Assembly (NCBI GenBank): GCA_041695225.1 | Contig: JBGFRI010000004.1 | Span: 32,001 to 96,000, forward strand | Source of the DNA: Deinococcota bacterium | GTDB lineage: Bacteria; Deinococcota; Deinococci; Deinococcales; Thermaceae | DNA length: 64,000 bases | Direction: 5' to 3' | In this document: positions 21,839-34,172 of the stretch, piece by piece | Position numbering within the stretch: position 1 is the stretch's first letter | Layout of the letters: every line of letters starts with the position of its first letter | Notes under the pieces: model-generated | Database searches by the model: none | Told to the model about the DNA's origin: nothing | What the model saw: only the letters and a program-made list of their open reading frames with translations | Made by a program: the position numbers and the translations under genes

Positions 21839-21998
21839 GTCGAGGGTCAAAAGAGAAACGTCGAGGGCCAAGGGTCGAGGGCGGGAAGCTAAAGTCCAGC
21901 AATTTTTGGAAGACACCAGACTAACCCAGCCCATCCGACATTAGACCTGCGACCCGTGACCCGTGACCCGCACCCTGCGACCTGTGACCTGAGACCTG
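21839..21998. repeat. Heptamer tandem repeats
   Basis: GACCTGC/GACCCGT and GTCGAGG units. Confidence 0.75.
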
Positions 21999-22085
21999 CG
22001 CAGCAGTCTGAGCGCCAGCGAGCGCAGGCTCTGGGCCAGACCATTGCCAATATGACATATCTGACATATCTGCTATATTCGATAT

Positions 22086-22337
22086 ATGCAGACCACGCTT
22101 CGCATAGACGATGAGCTGTATCGGAAGGCCAAGGCCGAGGCCGCCCGGCAGGGGATTACCCTTACCCAGTTCCTCGAGGAGGCTCTGCGCCTGCGGCTCC
22201 AGCACCAACCGGGCAAGCCGGTTCAACTTCCCACCTTCGATAGCGGACAGGTGCTAGACCTGAAGCCCACACAGCTCAAGCAGCTTCTTCAATCCAGCCA
22301 GACCGAGTACGACCTGAGCAAGCTGGAGGGAAGGTAG
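22086..22337 (+). CDS. VapB-like RHH antitoxin
   Basis: MQTTLRIDDELYRKAKAEAA..; upstream TGACATATC direct repeats and TATATT-N6-ATG. Confidence 0.88.
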   Translation: MQTTLRIDDELYRKAKAEAARQGITLTQFLEEALRLRLQHQPGKPVQLPTFDSGQVLDLKPTQLKQLLQSSQTEYDLSKLEGR

Positions 22338-22340
22338 CCC

Positions 22341-22892
22341 TTGTACATCCTGGATGCCAATGTGCTCATCTATGCCTTCCGGCGTGACACGCCGCAGCAC
22401 GCCGCCCCGTCATTGCGAGGAGGCCCTTGGGCCGACGAAGCAATAGACTGGGTGACGGAGTGGCCGAGGATGGGGGTGATTAATCTATCCAGGAGAAAGC
22501 CGTAAGCCAATCAGCCGAAGGGGTGATCTGGATTGCTTCGCTCCGCTCGCAATGACGAAAATGTGCGTTCCTGTCGTCTTTGTATCAATACCCTGCCCTC
22601 GCTGGGTGACCAGAGGGCCAGACCAGAAGAGGTTTTTGCTTTTTTGTACGCGCTGCGGATGCAGCCGGCATACGAGCTGGTAGAGCCGGGGGCAGCCCAC
22701 CTTTCTATCCTGGAAAATTTGTGCCTGAGCCTGAACCTGCTGGGCAACCAGGCAAACGACGCCTTTCTGGCCGCGCTGGCCCTCGAGCGGGAAGCCACCC
22801 TAGTCAGCGCCGACCGGGGGTTCGAGCGCTTTCCGGCCTTGCGCTGGCTCGACCCACTGGATCATCGGGGCGAGCCCTTTCGGCTCGAGTAG
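22341..22892 (+). pseudogene. VapC PIN toxin interrupted by a miniature inverted-repeat element
   Basis: MYILDANVLIYAFRRDTPQHAA, insertion, then GNQANDAFLAALALE..LVSADRGF. Confidence 0.85.
22408..22557. mobile_element. MITE-like element, family B (GTCATTGCGAG..GAAGCAAT / ATTGCTTCG..CTCGCAATGAC)
   Basis: Terminal inverted repeats; related copy at ~44990-45125. Confidence 0.8.
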
Positions 22893-22994
22893 TCCCGCGC
22901 CAGGACATCTTGCCGAACACTGATGGGCCTCGCGCCGAAAAACATGTCGGCGACTCTTGGGGCGTAGCCGTTTTTCCCAGCGTTCAAAAACAAA

Positions 22995-24605
22995 CTATTT
23001 CACTGGCTGATAGTCCTTAAACTGCTCGCGCAGCCGGGACTTGAGGAACTTGCCCGTGCTGGTGCGGGGAATTTCGGTAACAAAGACATAGGCATCTGGC
23101 AGCCACCATCTGGCAAACCTGGGCTCCAGAAACTGGGTGAGGTCTTCTGGGGTAGCGCTGGCGCCTTCTTTCAGCACTATGACGGCCAGCGGGCGCTCGT
23201 CCCACTTGGGGTGGGGAGTGGCAACTACGGCGGCCTCCTTAACGGCAGGGTGGGCCATCAGGGCGTTTTCCAGGTCAATTGAGCTGATCCACTCGCCGCC
23301 GGATTTGATCAGGTCTTTGGTGCGGTCGGCGATGCGGATGTAGCCCTCGGGGTCAATGGTTACCACATCGCCGGTGCGGAACCAGCCATCGGGAGTCCAT
23401 TTGTCTGCTTCGGCCTCGAGGTTATAGTAGCTGGCCGCCACCCAGGGGCCGCGCACCTGTAACTCTCCCAGCGACTGCCCATCCCAGGGCGTCAGGCCCT
23501 GCTCGCCGGCTGCCCGTATTTCCACCAGAGGGGTGGGCAGGCCCTGCTTGGCGCGGTAGGCATACTCCGTCTCAGTATCCCCACGCAGGTGGCGCTTCAA
23601 TCGGCTGACGGTGCCCAGGGGGCTCATCTCGGTCATACCCCAGGCGTGCAGTACCTTCAGCCCAAACTGGTCGAAGGCCCGGATCATGGCCTCGGGAGCC
23701 GCCGAACCACCCACCACCATCTCCATGGACCCCAGTTTCCAGCGCTCCGGCTCTTTTTGCAGGGCCTGCAAGACCCCCATCCAGATGGTCGGTACGCCCG
23801 CAGTCTTGCTAACCCGCTCCGACTGGTACAGATCCAGCAGGCTCACCGCATCGAGGTGCGGCCCTGGCATCACCAGTTTGCTCCCGGCCATCACTCCGGT
23901 AAAGGGCAGCCCCCAGGCCAGCACATGAAACATGGGCACCACCGGTAGCAGCACATCGCTACCCGCAAGGTTGAGTGCGTCGGGCAGGGCCGAGCCCAGG
24001 CTGTGCAGCAGTATCGAGCGGTGCGAGTAGACCACCCCTTTGGGCCTTCCGGTAGTGCCCGAGGTGTAGCACATTGCAGCAGCATCGCGCTCGCCTAGGC
24101 TGGGGTAGGTGAAACTGTCGTCTGCGGTGGCCAGAAACTCCTCGTAGTCCAGAAGGCCCTCCGGCACTGGGTAGCCCGACAAGGGCACCACGATAACCTT
24201 ATCCAGTGTGACCTGCTCTCTAATAGCCTCGTAGAGCTTTAGGAGCACATCATCCACAATCAGGATTCTGTCCTGGGCGTGGCCGATGATGTAGGCGATG
24301 TCGGAGGGGTGCAGCCGCAGATTAAGGGGGTGCAAGACCCCACCTGCTGCCGGAACGCCGAAATAGGCCTCGAGGTGGGCATAGGTGTTCCAGCACAGGG
24401 TGGCGACCCGGTCTCCTTTTTGCAGCCCGGCTTTTTGCAACGCCGAGGCCAGCCTGCGCGAACGCCGGTAAAAGTCAGCAAAGCTGTAGCGGTGCAGAGA
24501 CTTGTCGGGCAGCCGGGTCACAATTTCCTCTTGCGGGAACAAGGCACCGGCCCGCTCTAGCAGGTGGGTAAGGGTAAGGGGAAAGTCCATCATGGTGGCT
24601 TGCAT
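22995..24605 (-). CDS. Medium/long-chain fatty acid--CoA ligase (AlkK-like)
   Basis: YTSGTTGRPKG, AWGMTE, FRTGD, KSGGEWISS. Confidence 0.95.
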   Translation of the reverse strand: MQATMMDFPLTLTHLLERAGALFPQEEIVTRLPDKSLHRYSFADFYRRSRRLASALQKAGLQKGDRVATLCWNTYAHLEAYFGVPAAGGVLHPLNLRLHPSDIAYIIGHAQDRILIVDDVLLKLYEAIREQVTLDKVIVVPLSGYPVPEGLLDYEEFLATADDSFTYPSLGERDAAAMCYTSGTTGRPKGVVYSHRSILLHSLGSALPDALNLAGSDVLLPVVPMFHVLAWGLPFTGVMAGSKLVMPGPHLDAVSLLDLYQSERVSKTAGVPTIWMGVLQALQKEPERWKLGSMEMVVGGSAAPEAMIRAFDQFGLKVLHAWGMTEMSPLGTVSRLKRHLRGDTETEYAYRAKQGLPTPLVEIRAAGEQGLTPWDGQSLGELQVRGPWVAASYYNLEAEADKWTPDGWFRTGDVVTIDPEGYIRIADRTKDLIKSGGEWISSIDLENALMAHPAVKEAAVVATPHPKWDERPLAVIVLKEGASATPEDLTQFLEPRFARWWLPDAYVFVTEIPRTSTGKFLKSRLREQFKDYQPVK

Positions 24606-24734
24606 GGTCGTCTCCTGGGTTTGGTTTGGTATGGTACGGCGAGTCTTGTAACTCCAGTATAGAGCCCTCCTCGCTCTGGTGGGGCCTGGTGCTTAGGGCC
24701 AAGGATGGCGGTCGGGGCGGGGAAGTTAGGTGTC

Positions 24735-24866
24735 GAAGGTCTAAGGTCTAAGGTCGAAAGTCAATGGTCAATAGTCAATAGTCGATAGTCAATAGTCCAA
24801 CGACAATAGACCATAGACAATAGACTATAGACAATAGACCATAGACCAAGACAATAGACCATAGAC
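24735..24866. repeat. Heptamer tandem repeats (CAATAGT/CCATAGA)
   Basis: 7-nt periodicity. Confidence 0.9.
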
Positions 24867-24900
24867 CACCAGGAAGCAGGCAGAGCGATAGAATATTCCC

Positions 24901-25797
24901 GTGATTCATACTATTGACCTCCACGACCGCGCCCCTCGGGTCATTGCCTCGTTTCTGCTGGAAACTAATGGGGGGCCAGTGCTTTTCGAGACCGGGCCCG
25001 AGTCGCGCTTCTCGGTGCTGCTGGACGGCCTTAATACACTGGGCTACGCTGCCTCCGAGGTCAGGCAGGTCTTCGTGACCCACATCCACCTCGACCATGC
25101 CGGCGCGGCCTGGCGTTTTGCCGAGCTGGGGGCCAGGATCTACGTTCACCCCAGAGGAGCGCCGCACCTGATAGACCCCAGCAAGCTCTGGGCCTCGGCT
25201 ACCCGCATCTACGGCGACAAGATGGAAGAACTCTGGGGCCAGATGGGCTTTGTGCCAGAGAGTCAAATAGAAATCCTGCAGGATGGCGATACGGTTGCTC
25301 TGGGTGATCTGAGCGTCCGGGCCATAGAGACACCCGGCCACGCCAACCACCACCACGCTTTTTTGCTCGGCGATATCCTGTTTGGCGGCGACGTGACCGG
25401 CGTGAAGATCGGGCGCGGCCCGGTCTTGCCGCCCTGCCCCCCGCCGGAAATTCACCTCGAGGCCTGGCGCGAGTCCATCGCCAAGGTTCGGGCCGTGCAG
25501 CCCAGCAGCATTTACCTTACCCATTTTGGCCCGACCGGCGAGGTAGGGCCCCACCTGGACGCGCTGGAAGCCCGGCTCCTGGACTGGGCCAACTGGATTA
25601 AAACCGGGCTCAAAGCCGGGCTGAGCCGAGAGCAGATGGTACAAGAGTTCGAGGCTTATGTGGCCGCTGGCCTGCGGGCTGCGGGGCTTTCCGAAGAAGA
25701 GGTGCAGGAGTACGAGTTTGCCGACCCCTCCTGGATGAGTGTGGACGGGCTGGTACGCTACTGGAACAAGCACCACCCCGAAGAGGTGCTGGCCTAG
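24901..25797 (+). CDS. Metallo-beta-lactamase fold hydrolase
   Basis: [26 protein letters not shown]6-GTG. Confidence 0.93.
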   Translation: MIHTIDLHDRAPRVIASFLLETNGGPVLFETGPESRFSVLLDGLNTLGYAASEVRQVFVTHIHLDHAGAAWRFAELGARIYVHPRGAPHLIDPSKLWASATRIYGDKMEELWGQMGFVPESQIEILQDGDTVALGDLSVRAIETPGHANHHHAFLLGDILFGGDVTGVKIGRGPVLPPCPPPEIHLEAWRESIAKVRAVQPSSIYLTHFGPTGEVGPHLDALEARLLDWANWIKTGLKAGLSREQMVQEFEAYVAAGLRAAGLSEEEVQEYEFADPSWMSVDGLVRYWNKHHPEEVLA

Positions 25798-25816
25798 GGT
25801 TTGGCGGTTGTCCAGA

Positions 25817-27502
25817 ATGCAGCCTGCAACTCAGCAACTGATATACAACGCCGACCCAAGCTCTTTAGGCGTAGTCTTCACCCGCCTCGAGGTAGTTGAT
25901 TTCATTCTGGACCTGGTGGGCTACACGGAGGATCAACCACTTCACGAAAGGCGGATTCTGGAGCCGTCCTTTGGTGGCGGTGACTTTTTGTTCTCCATCA
26001 TCGAACGGTTGTTGAGCGCATGGCGAAAAGCAAGGCCCAATGGCGCTCCGCTCGACGATCTGGCAGATGCAGTCAGGGCGGTCGAGCTGCACGGTGATAC
26101 CTTCCACACCACCCATACTGCTGTTGTTACGCTTCTCAAGCGCGAGGGGTTGGCGGCGAAGGCCGCAAAGGCCCTGGCTGGCCGCTGGCTGTGGCAGGGG
26201 GATTTTCTGCTGGCGCCGCTGGAGGGTGAATTCGATTTCGTGGTGGGCAACCCGCCCTATGTGCGTCAGGAGCTAATCCCGGCTCCGCTGCTGGCGGAGT
26301 ATCGCCGCCGCTACCAGACGATGTATGACCGGGCCGACCTGTACATTCCCTTTATCGAGCGTGCGCTACTGCTTCTGGCGCAGGGCGGGAGCCTGGGCTT
26401 CATCTGCGCCGATCGCTGGATGAAGAACCGCTATGGCGGGCCGCTGCGAAGCATGGTGGCCGGGCGGTTCCACCTGAAGTTCTATGTGGATATGGCCGAT
26501 ACCCCGGCCTTCCACTCAAAGGTAACTGCCTACCCCGCAGTAACCGTTATCAGCCGCGAAGCGCCGGGCGCAACGCGCACTGCCCACCGCCCGCCCGTTG
26601 ACCGGGCGACGCTGGGCAGGCTGGCTGGTTTACTGCGCGCCCAGAAGCTGCCCGAAGAACCCGGCCTGGTGCGCGAACTTGCCCAGGTCACCAATGGCGC
26701 ACAGCCCTGGCTGCTGGAGTCATCCGACCAGACGGCGCTCATTCGCCGTCTGGAAGGCTGCTTCCCCTCGCTGGAAGAGGCGGGGTGCAAGGTGGGGATT
26801 GGCGTCGCAACCGGCGCAGACCGAACATTCATCGGCGACTTCGATGCGCTCGAGGTGGAGCCAGACCGCAAGCTGCCGCTGGTGACAACAAAGGACATCA
26901 GCTCCGGTGAGGTGAGGTGGCGTGGCCAGGGTGTGATCAATCCCTTTACCGAGTCGGGCAGGCTGGTAGATTTGGGCGATTACCCGCGCCTGCGGCGCTA
27001 CCTCGAGGCCCAACGGGACGTAATCGCCAGGCGCCACTGCGCGCGGAAGACCCCGGCCAACTGGTATCGCACCATTGACCGCATAACTCCGGAGCTGGCC
27101 GCAAGGCCCAAACTGCTGATCCCGGACATCAAGGGTGAGGCGCATATTGTTTTTGAAGGCGGCCAGCTGTATCCCCACCACAACCTCTATTACGTCACCT
27201 CAGACCACTGGGATTTGCGGGCTTTACAGGCGGTGTTGCTGTCGGCGGTGGCCCGTCTGTTCGTGGCGGCCTACTCAACCAGAATGCGAGGCGGATACCT
27301 GCGCTTCCAGGCCCAGTATCTGCGCCGCATCCGCATCCCGCACTGGGCAGAAGTGCCTGAACCGCTGCGGCGTGAGCTAGCCCGGGCTGCCCTCAGGCAA
27401 GACATACAGGCCTGCAACCGTGCGGTGTGCAGGCTCTACCGCCTGAGCCCAGAGGAAGTTGCTGTCCTGGGTGACACTGAAGCGCAGAAGGGGAGCCTGT
27501 AA
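25817..27502 (+). CDS. Orphan N6-adenine methyltransferase, PaeR7I/XhoI family (predicted CTCGAG)
   Basis: [44 protein letters not shown]; recalled as very similar to M.PaeR7I; no endonuclease gene follows. Confidence 0.88.
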   Translation: MQPATQQLIYNADPSSLGVVFTRLEVVDFILDLVGYTEDQPLHERRILEPSFGGGDFLFSIIERLLSAWRKARPNGAPLDDLADAVRAVELHGDTFHTTHTAVVTLLKREGLAAKAAKALAGRWLWQGDFLLAPLEGEFDFVVGNPPYVRQELIPAPLLAEYRRRYQTMYDRADLYIPFIERALLLLAQGGSLGFICADRWMKNRYGGPLRSMVAGRFHLKFYVDMADTPAFHSKVTAYPAVTVISREAPGATRTAHRPPVDRATLGRLAGLLRAQKLPEEPGLVRELAQVTNGAQPWLLESSDQTALIRRLEGCFPSLEEAGCKVGIGVATGADRTFIGDFDALEVEPDRKLPLVTTKDISSGEVRWRGQGVINPFTESGRLVDLGDYPRLRRYLEAQRDVIARRHCARKTPANWYRTIDRITPELAARPKLLIPDIKGEAHIVFEGGQLYPHHNLYYVTSDHWDLRALQAVLLSAVARLFVAAYSTRMRGGYLRFQAQYLRRIRIPHWAEVPEPLRRELARAALRQDIQACNRAVCRLYRLSPEEVAVLGDTEAQKGSL

Positions 27503-27562
27503 ATCTACTCCCGTATGGGCAGGCAATCAACAGGATTCTTTACTTGACCGGGTTGGGTGATC

Positions 27563-27872
27563 AGGTAAAAAACTCGGCTGGCGCCGAGACCCCCCTCCTT
27601 ACCCTCCCCTGCAAGGGGGGGAGGTGATCTGGAGAATTTTCTACCTGCTCAGAACAAGATGACCAGCGTAACAATGAGAGGGAGCTGCGCGGATTTTTTA
27701 GATGACGGGGTTGTGTGACTCATGTAGAAAACTCGGTAGAGTATTCCTCCCCCTCGACGGGGGAGGCTAGGTGGGGGTGTGAGCCGAAGGCGAAATGTTG
27801 AGACTGGAAGAGAAAAACTCGGCTGGCGCCGCGACCCCCCCCTCCCTGCCCTCCCCCGCAAGGGGGAAGGTG
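27563..27872. repeat. Family A palindromic elements (one partial, one full)
   Basis: Matches 7030-7160. Confidence 0.88.
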
Positions 27873-27911
27873 ACCCAGGCTCATTTCTACCTGCTCAGGA
27901 CACCCTGACCT

Positions 27912-28328
27912 TTAGGCAACAATTTCCTCGAGCCTGAAAAAAATCTCCACTTCGCGGGATGCACTATCGGGGCTGTCCGAGCCGTGGATGATATTTTCGT
28001 CCACGGTGGTGGCAAAGTCGGCGCGGATGGTGCCGGGAGCGGCTTCCCAGGGGCGGGTTGCCCCCATCAGTCGGCGCATCTCGCCAATGGCGCCAGGGCC
28101 TTCCACAACCATTGCTACCACCGGCCCCCTGGTGATGAACCTGATCAGCCCCTCGAAGAAAGGCTTGCCCTGATGCTCGGCGTAGTGTTTCTGCGCTGTT
28201 TCACGGATGATGACCATTTTTTTCATGGCTACAATCCTGAAACCTTTGCGTTCGATGCGGCTGATGATCTCGCCGGTGAGCCCCCGGCGCACACCATCGG
28301 GTTTGATCATGATGAAGGTGCGTTCCAT
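27912..28328 (-). CDS. ndk: Nucleoside diphosphate kinase
   Basis: [28 protein letters not shown]. Confidence 0.98.
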   Translation of the reverse strand: MERTFIMIKPDGVRRGLTGEIISRIERKGFRIVAMKKMVIIRETAQKHYAEHQGKPFFEGLIRFITRGPVVAMVVEGPGAIGEMRRLMGATRPWEAAPGTIRADFATTVDENIIHGSDSPDSASREVEIFFRLEEIVA

Positions 28329-28361
28329 ACCGCAGAAGAGTCTACACGCTGGGAGACCAAC

Positions 28362-28390
28362 AAAAAACCCTCCCAATAAAGGGAGGGCTT
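28362..28390 (-). terminator. Intrinsic terminator after PPIase gene
   Basis: CCCTCCC/GGGAGGG stem with T-run on the minus strand. Confidence 0.8.
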
Positions 28391-28403
28391 TAGATGCACA
28401 GAC

Positions 28404-30287
28404 TTAGCGGTTAGCAGGAGGTGTGGCTGGCGGGGCGGGGGTGTTCTGGTCGCCAGAACCAGGCTGATTCTGGGGAGCAGCAGGAGGGGCTTGGCCGGGC
28501 GTTGGTTCGTTCGCTGGTTCTTCCCTGGGGGTAAGCGCAGTGAGTACCGCTTGCAGGTTATTTTCCACGGTGGCGGCCTGGCGGACCTCCTCGAGCCACC
28601 GCTGGGCGGCTTCGCCCCGGCGGGTAGCCAGTAACTGCTGGCGGGCCTCTTCCTTCACTTCCTCAAAGGAGCGCAACTGCTCGGCCTTGCGATCATTCAC
28701 AATGAGCACCTGGTAGCTCTCGTCCTCGAGCTTTACCACCTCGCTCACTTCACCCAAAGGCCCACTGGGGAAGCTACCGCGGGTCAGGAAGACCAGGCGG
28801 TTGGGAACGGGGGGCATGGTACCGGGGTTAACCACGCCAAAGTCTTGCACGGTGCCCCCGTTGGCTCTGGCCAGGTCCTGGAGCGCGCCGCCCCGCAGAG
28901 CTGCTGCCCGGAAGGCCTCGGCCCTGGCCCTGTCTTCCCTGGTAAAGTTCACCGCCTGTACCCTGGCCGAGGCAGGGATGGTGAAGTGGGGTAGGTTGGC
29001 GTCGTAAAACCGGCGTACTTCCGCGTCCGAGACGGTAACATCGCGGGTTTTCCACTGCTGGGCCTGGTTGGCGATGTCGGTTCTGGAACCAAAGAAGGGC
29101 TGGTCCAGGGTCCTGGCGGCCTGGTAGACCGCCTCGCGGCTAATGAGCTGCTCAAGCGTCTGGGGCATAAAGAACTGCACGGCCAGCTCGCCCAGGCCCT
29201 GCTGTATCAGTTGCGGCACCTGCTGGTTGGCAAAGACCGACTGGGTCACCTCGGCCAGCCGAATTTCGGTCTCGCCAACCCGGGCCACCACCGGGTTCTC
29301 AAACCGGAAGGTAGAGCCCTCGGGAAAGCTCACCTGGGCCCTGGCCCGCAAGTCTCTGATATAGGCTTCCAGCGCCCCCTGGCCCTTGATGCGCTTGGCG
29401 TCTTCCCTGACGCGGTCCTTGACTTCCTCAAACTCCATATAGCCGGCCGGCAAAAACTTCTCTACCTTCACAATGTAAAAGCGGCCCCCGGCCTCGATGG
29501 GCCGGCTGATCTGCCCGTCGCGCAGCCGGAATACGGCCTCGGCCACCACGTTGGGGAAGACCACCCGGGTTACCGGGCCGGGCTCGCTCTGACCCGCCTG
29601 GGCGCCCAGAGCACCGCCCTGTTCGGCGTTGAGCCGGGAGCTGGCCCTGGCAATGGCAGCAAAATCGGCGCCGGGCGCGCTTACCTCGGCAAAGACTCTG
29701 TCGGCGGAGGCCCGGTCATCGAGTACGATCTGACGGGCCAGTACGCGCTCGTCCTGTCGGTACTGGTCGCGGTTTAGCTCAAAGAAGAGCCGCATTTCAG
29801 CTTCGGTAGGCTCGGCTCGCCTCTCGATCTCTTCGATGCGCTTATTAATGCGAATCTGATTACGTAGCTCGTCGCGCAGTTGCGAATCGGTATAGCCCAC
29901 CTGAACTAAGAAGCGGTTGTAGGCTTCTCTGTCCTGAAGGCCGAAGCGCTCCCTGAGGGTATCGAGCTCCTCCCTGAGCTCCCGGCCCGAGACCCCGATG
30001 CGGGCGGTATCCTGCAAGAGCGCAGTGGTGATGACAAAACGCTCGCCAAAGTTAACATTGGCAAGGTTCAACAAAAGCCCCTGGGGATTGGTGTTCAGGA
30101 TGGGGTCATTCTGCTTTGCCCGGGCCAGATCAAGCTCGGAGACCGGGCGGCCATTCACCGTGAACTCTACCCTGCCCTGGGTGCCACGCTGGCCCTGAGG
30201 CGTGAAAAGCAGAACCGAGCCCGCGACAAAAGCCACGGCAAGAAACCCAAAGATCACGGCAACAACCCTTCTACTGATTCCAAACAC
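28404..30287 (-). CDS. SurA/PrsA/PpiD-like peptidyl-prolyl isomerase chaperone
   Basis: N-terminal TM anchor, parvulin motifs ARQIV..DFAAIARASS..QGGALG, FEEVK repeats. Confidence 0.88.
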   Translation of the reverse strand: MFGISRRVVAVIFGFLAVAFVAGSVLLFTPQGQRGTQGRVEFTVNGRPVSELDLARAKQNDPILNTNPQGLLLNLANVNFGERFVITTALLQDTARIGVSGRELREELDTLRERFGLQDREAYNRFLVQVGYTDSQLRDELRNQIRINKRIEEIERRAEPTEAEMRLFFELNRDQYRQDERVLARQIVLDDRASADRVFAEVSAPGADFAAIARASSRLNAEQGGALGAQAGQSEPGPVTRVVFPNVVAEAVFRLRDGQISRPIEAGGRFYIVKVEKFLPAGYMEFEEVKDRVREDAKRIKGQGALEAYIRDLRARAQVSFPEGSTFRFENPVVARVGETEIRLAEVTQSVFANQQVPQLIQQGLGELAVQFFMPQTLEQLISREAVYQAARTLDQPFFGSRTDIANQAQQWKTRDVTVSDAEVRRFYDANLPHFTIPASARVQAVNFTREDRARAEAFRAAALRGGALQDLARANGGTVQDFGVVNPGTMPPVPNRLVFLTRGSFPSGPLGEVSEVVKLEDESYQVLIVNDRKAEQLRSFEEVKEEARQQLLATRRGEAAQRWLEEVRQAATVENNLQAVLTALTPREEPANEPTPGQAPPAAPQNQPGSGDQNTPAPPATPPANR

Positions 30288-30330
30288 TTGACTGCCTCCT
30301 CTGTGCGGTGCTACCCTGCTCTGTGCGACT

Positions 30331-30406
30331 GCACCCGTAGCTCAGTGGATAGAGCGTTCGCCTCCGGAGCGAAAGGACACAGGTTCGAGTCCTGTCGGGT
30401 GCGCCA
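30331..30406 (+). tRNA. tRNA-Arg(CCG)
   Basis: GCACCCG/CGGGTGC acceptor stem, TTCGC-CT-CCG-GA-GCGAA anticodon arm, GGTTCGAGTCC, CCA end. Confidence 0.97.
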
Positions 30407-30657
30407 ACTTTTGCTGAGTGGGTCTTTTGGCCCGGCCTCGGGGTAGCATCGCCCACTAACCTCTTTGTACCCCAAGATGGTAAGACCAGGGTTAAGTGCC
30501 CGCATATCTACACCAAGGGGCGATTGTAGCATACCCGGTGGTTGGGGATCAGGGCTGGCCGTCCGGGGCGCTTGATCGCGGTGGTTAAGGCCTCAGTGGC
30601 TATACCCGGAGCGACACAGAACAGGTCTGCCAGCAAATCGTCAGGCGGCTAAAGAAT

Positions 30658-31377
30658 ATGCACCCCCCTTCCTTTGAACAGCCCAGGGACCTACAGGAGG
30701 CCGCCGCGCGGCAAAGAGCACTGGCCCAGACCGTGGTGCTGCGGGGCAGCCTGAGCCAGACCCGCTATCTTGTGGCCCTGGATGCCTCCCACCCTACCCG
30801 TTTCTCCAGGGTGCAGGGCGCTGCAGTGGCGGCTGCGGTCTTGTGGGACCGAGCCGAAGGGAGACTGCTCGAGGTCGCTACCGCCTGGATGGACGCGGCC
30901 GAACTTTTTCCCTACATACCTGGGTTTTTGTCCTTCCGCGAGACTCCGCTCTATCTGGCGGCGCTGGCCAGACTGTCGTGCCCTCCCGAGGTGTTGCTGG
31001 TGGATGGGCAGGGCGTCGCCCATCCCAGGGGGCTGGGCATTGCAGCCCATCTGGGGGTTCACCTGGACATTCCGGCCATCGGGGTAGCCAAAACCTTGCT
31101 TTTTGGTAGTCCAGAGGGCGAGCTGCCGCTCGAGGCTGGTTCGGCAGTGCGGTTGATGCAGGGAACGCGGCAGATAGGCTGGGTCTACCGCAGCCGCACC
31201 GGGGTTCAGCCGCTCATCGTCTCGCCGGGGCACCGCGTGGAAATGGAGGAAAGCCTGGCCTTTGTACGCTCACTGATGGGCAAAACCCGGCTGCCAGAGC
31301 CACTCCGCACTGCCCATACCCGGGCCGGTGAAGAACGAAAAGCTTCTGCTAAGCTGTGCCATATTGACATGGTCTGA
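30658..31377 (+). CDS. nfi: Endonuclease V
   Basis: FPYIPGFLSFRE, LVDGQGVAHPRGLGIAAHLG, SPGH, RLPEP. Confidence 0.95.
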   Translation: MHPPSFEQPRDLQEAAARQRALAQTVVLRGSLSQTRYLVALDASHPTRFSRVQGAAVAAAVLWDRAEGRLLEVATAWMDAAELFPYIPGFLSFRETPLYLAALARLSCPPEVLLVDGQGVAHPRGLGIAAHLGVHLDIPAIGVAKTLLFGSPEGELPLEAGSAVRLMQGTRQIGWVYRSRTGVQPLIVSPGHRVEMEESLAFVRSLMGKTRLPEPLRTAHTRAGEERKASAKLCHIDMV

Positions 31378-31525
31378 ACACTAAGGCCCACCTGTCATCT
31401 CTTCTGAGGACGGCAAACATATCCTTGAAGCACTCAAGCGCCCTGGCCATGCAAAGAATCCGGGTGACCCCCTCCCATTGAGAGGCTGGTCAGCTAGTGC
31501 TGAGTGGATAGAAAATGGATCCAAA

Positions 31526-31652
31526 TCACCTCCCCCCTTTGCGGGGGAGGGCAGGGAGGGGGGTCTCGGCGGCAGCCGAGTTTTTTCTTCCAGTCGCAAC
31601 GTTTCGCCTTCGGCTCACACCCCCACCTAACCTCCCCCGTCGAGGGGGAGGA
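31526..31652. repeat. Family A palindromic element, inverted orientation
   Basis: Reverse complement of 7030-7160. Confidence 0.88.
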
Positions 31653-31793
31653 AGTGCTCAATCGAGTTTTTTAGTCACCTAACGCCTAGCGCAGCCTCAA
31701 GACACAAAGCTCCTACCAAGTATCCCCTTGCGCTTCGTCACCACCGCTGCACACAACTCAGGGACAGCTCACCTGCGCTTTGCCAGACGCAGC

Positions 31794-33803
<2,010 letters not shown>

Positions 33804-33855
33804 CTGAGTCTCCCGCGGGCTCGCATAGGCCACAAAGTATACGTCCCTCTCCGCC

Positions 33856-33874
33856 GTTCTGTTTGCATCAGAAC
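33856..33874. promoter_or_regulatory. Palindrome resembling the RDRM (DdrO box) upstream of uvrB
   Basis: gTTCTGTTTGCATCAGAAc, 17-bp core. Confidence 0.5.
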
Positions 33875-33906
33875 ACAATCCCGGCAGGTATGCTAACATA
33901 TGTCAT

Positions 33907-34170
33907 ATGAAGCGCACCACCATTTATCTGGATGCCGAGCTCGAGTTCAGGCTAAAGCTCGAGGCCCGGCGCAATAAAAAATCCATGGCCGAGCTAATCC
34001 GCGAAGCACTGCACAAAAGCCTGCCCCCCCGGCCCCGCTCCAAGTACGCTGGCGTTTTTGACAGCGGTCACACCGACACTGCCGAACGGGCCGAAGAGAT
34101 ACTAGCAGAAGGTTTTGGCCTGGACTCTCTTGCCCCCGAGCAGCGAGAGGCCTGGGAGCGCTCGCGTTAA
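33907..34170 (+). CDS. CopG/RHH antitoxin
   Basis: MKRTTIYLD..SMAELIREAL. Confidence 0.88.
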   Translation: MKRTTIYLDAELEFRLKLEARRNKKSMAELIREALHKSLPPRPRSKYAGVFDSGHTDTAERAEEILAEGFGLDSLAPEQREAWERSR

Positions 34171-34172
34171 GC

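Noticed and set aside
30331..30430. tRNA-Arg as an integration site
   Set aside because: No integrase and no duplicated tRNA 3' end in the window
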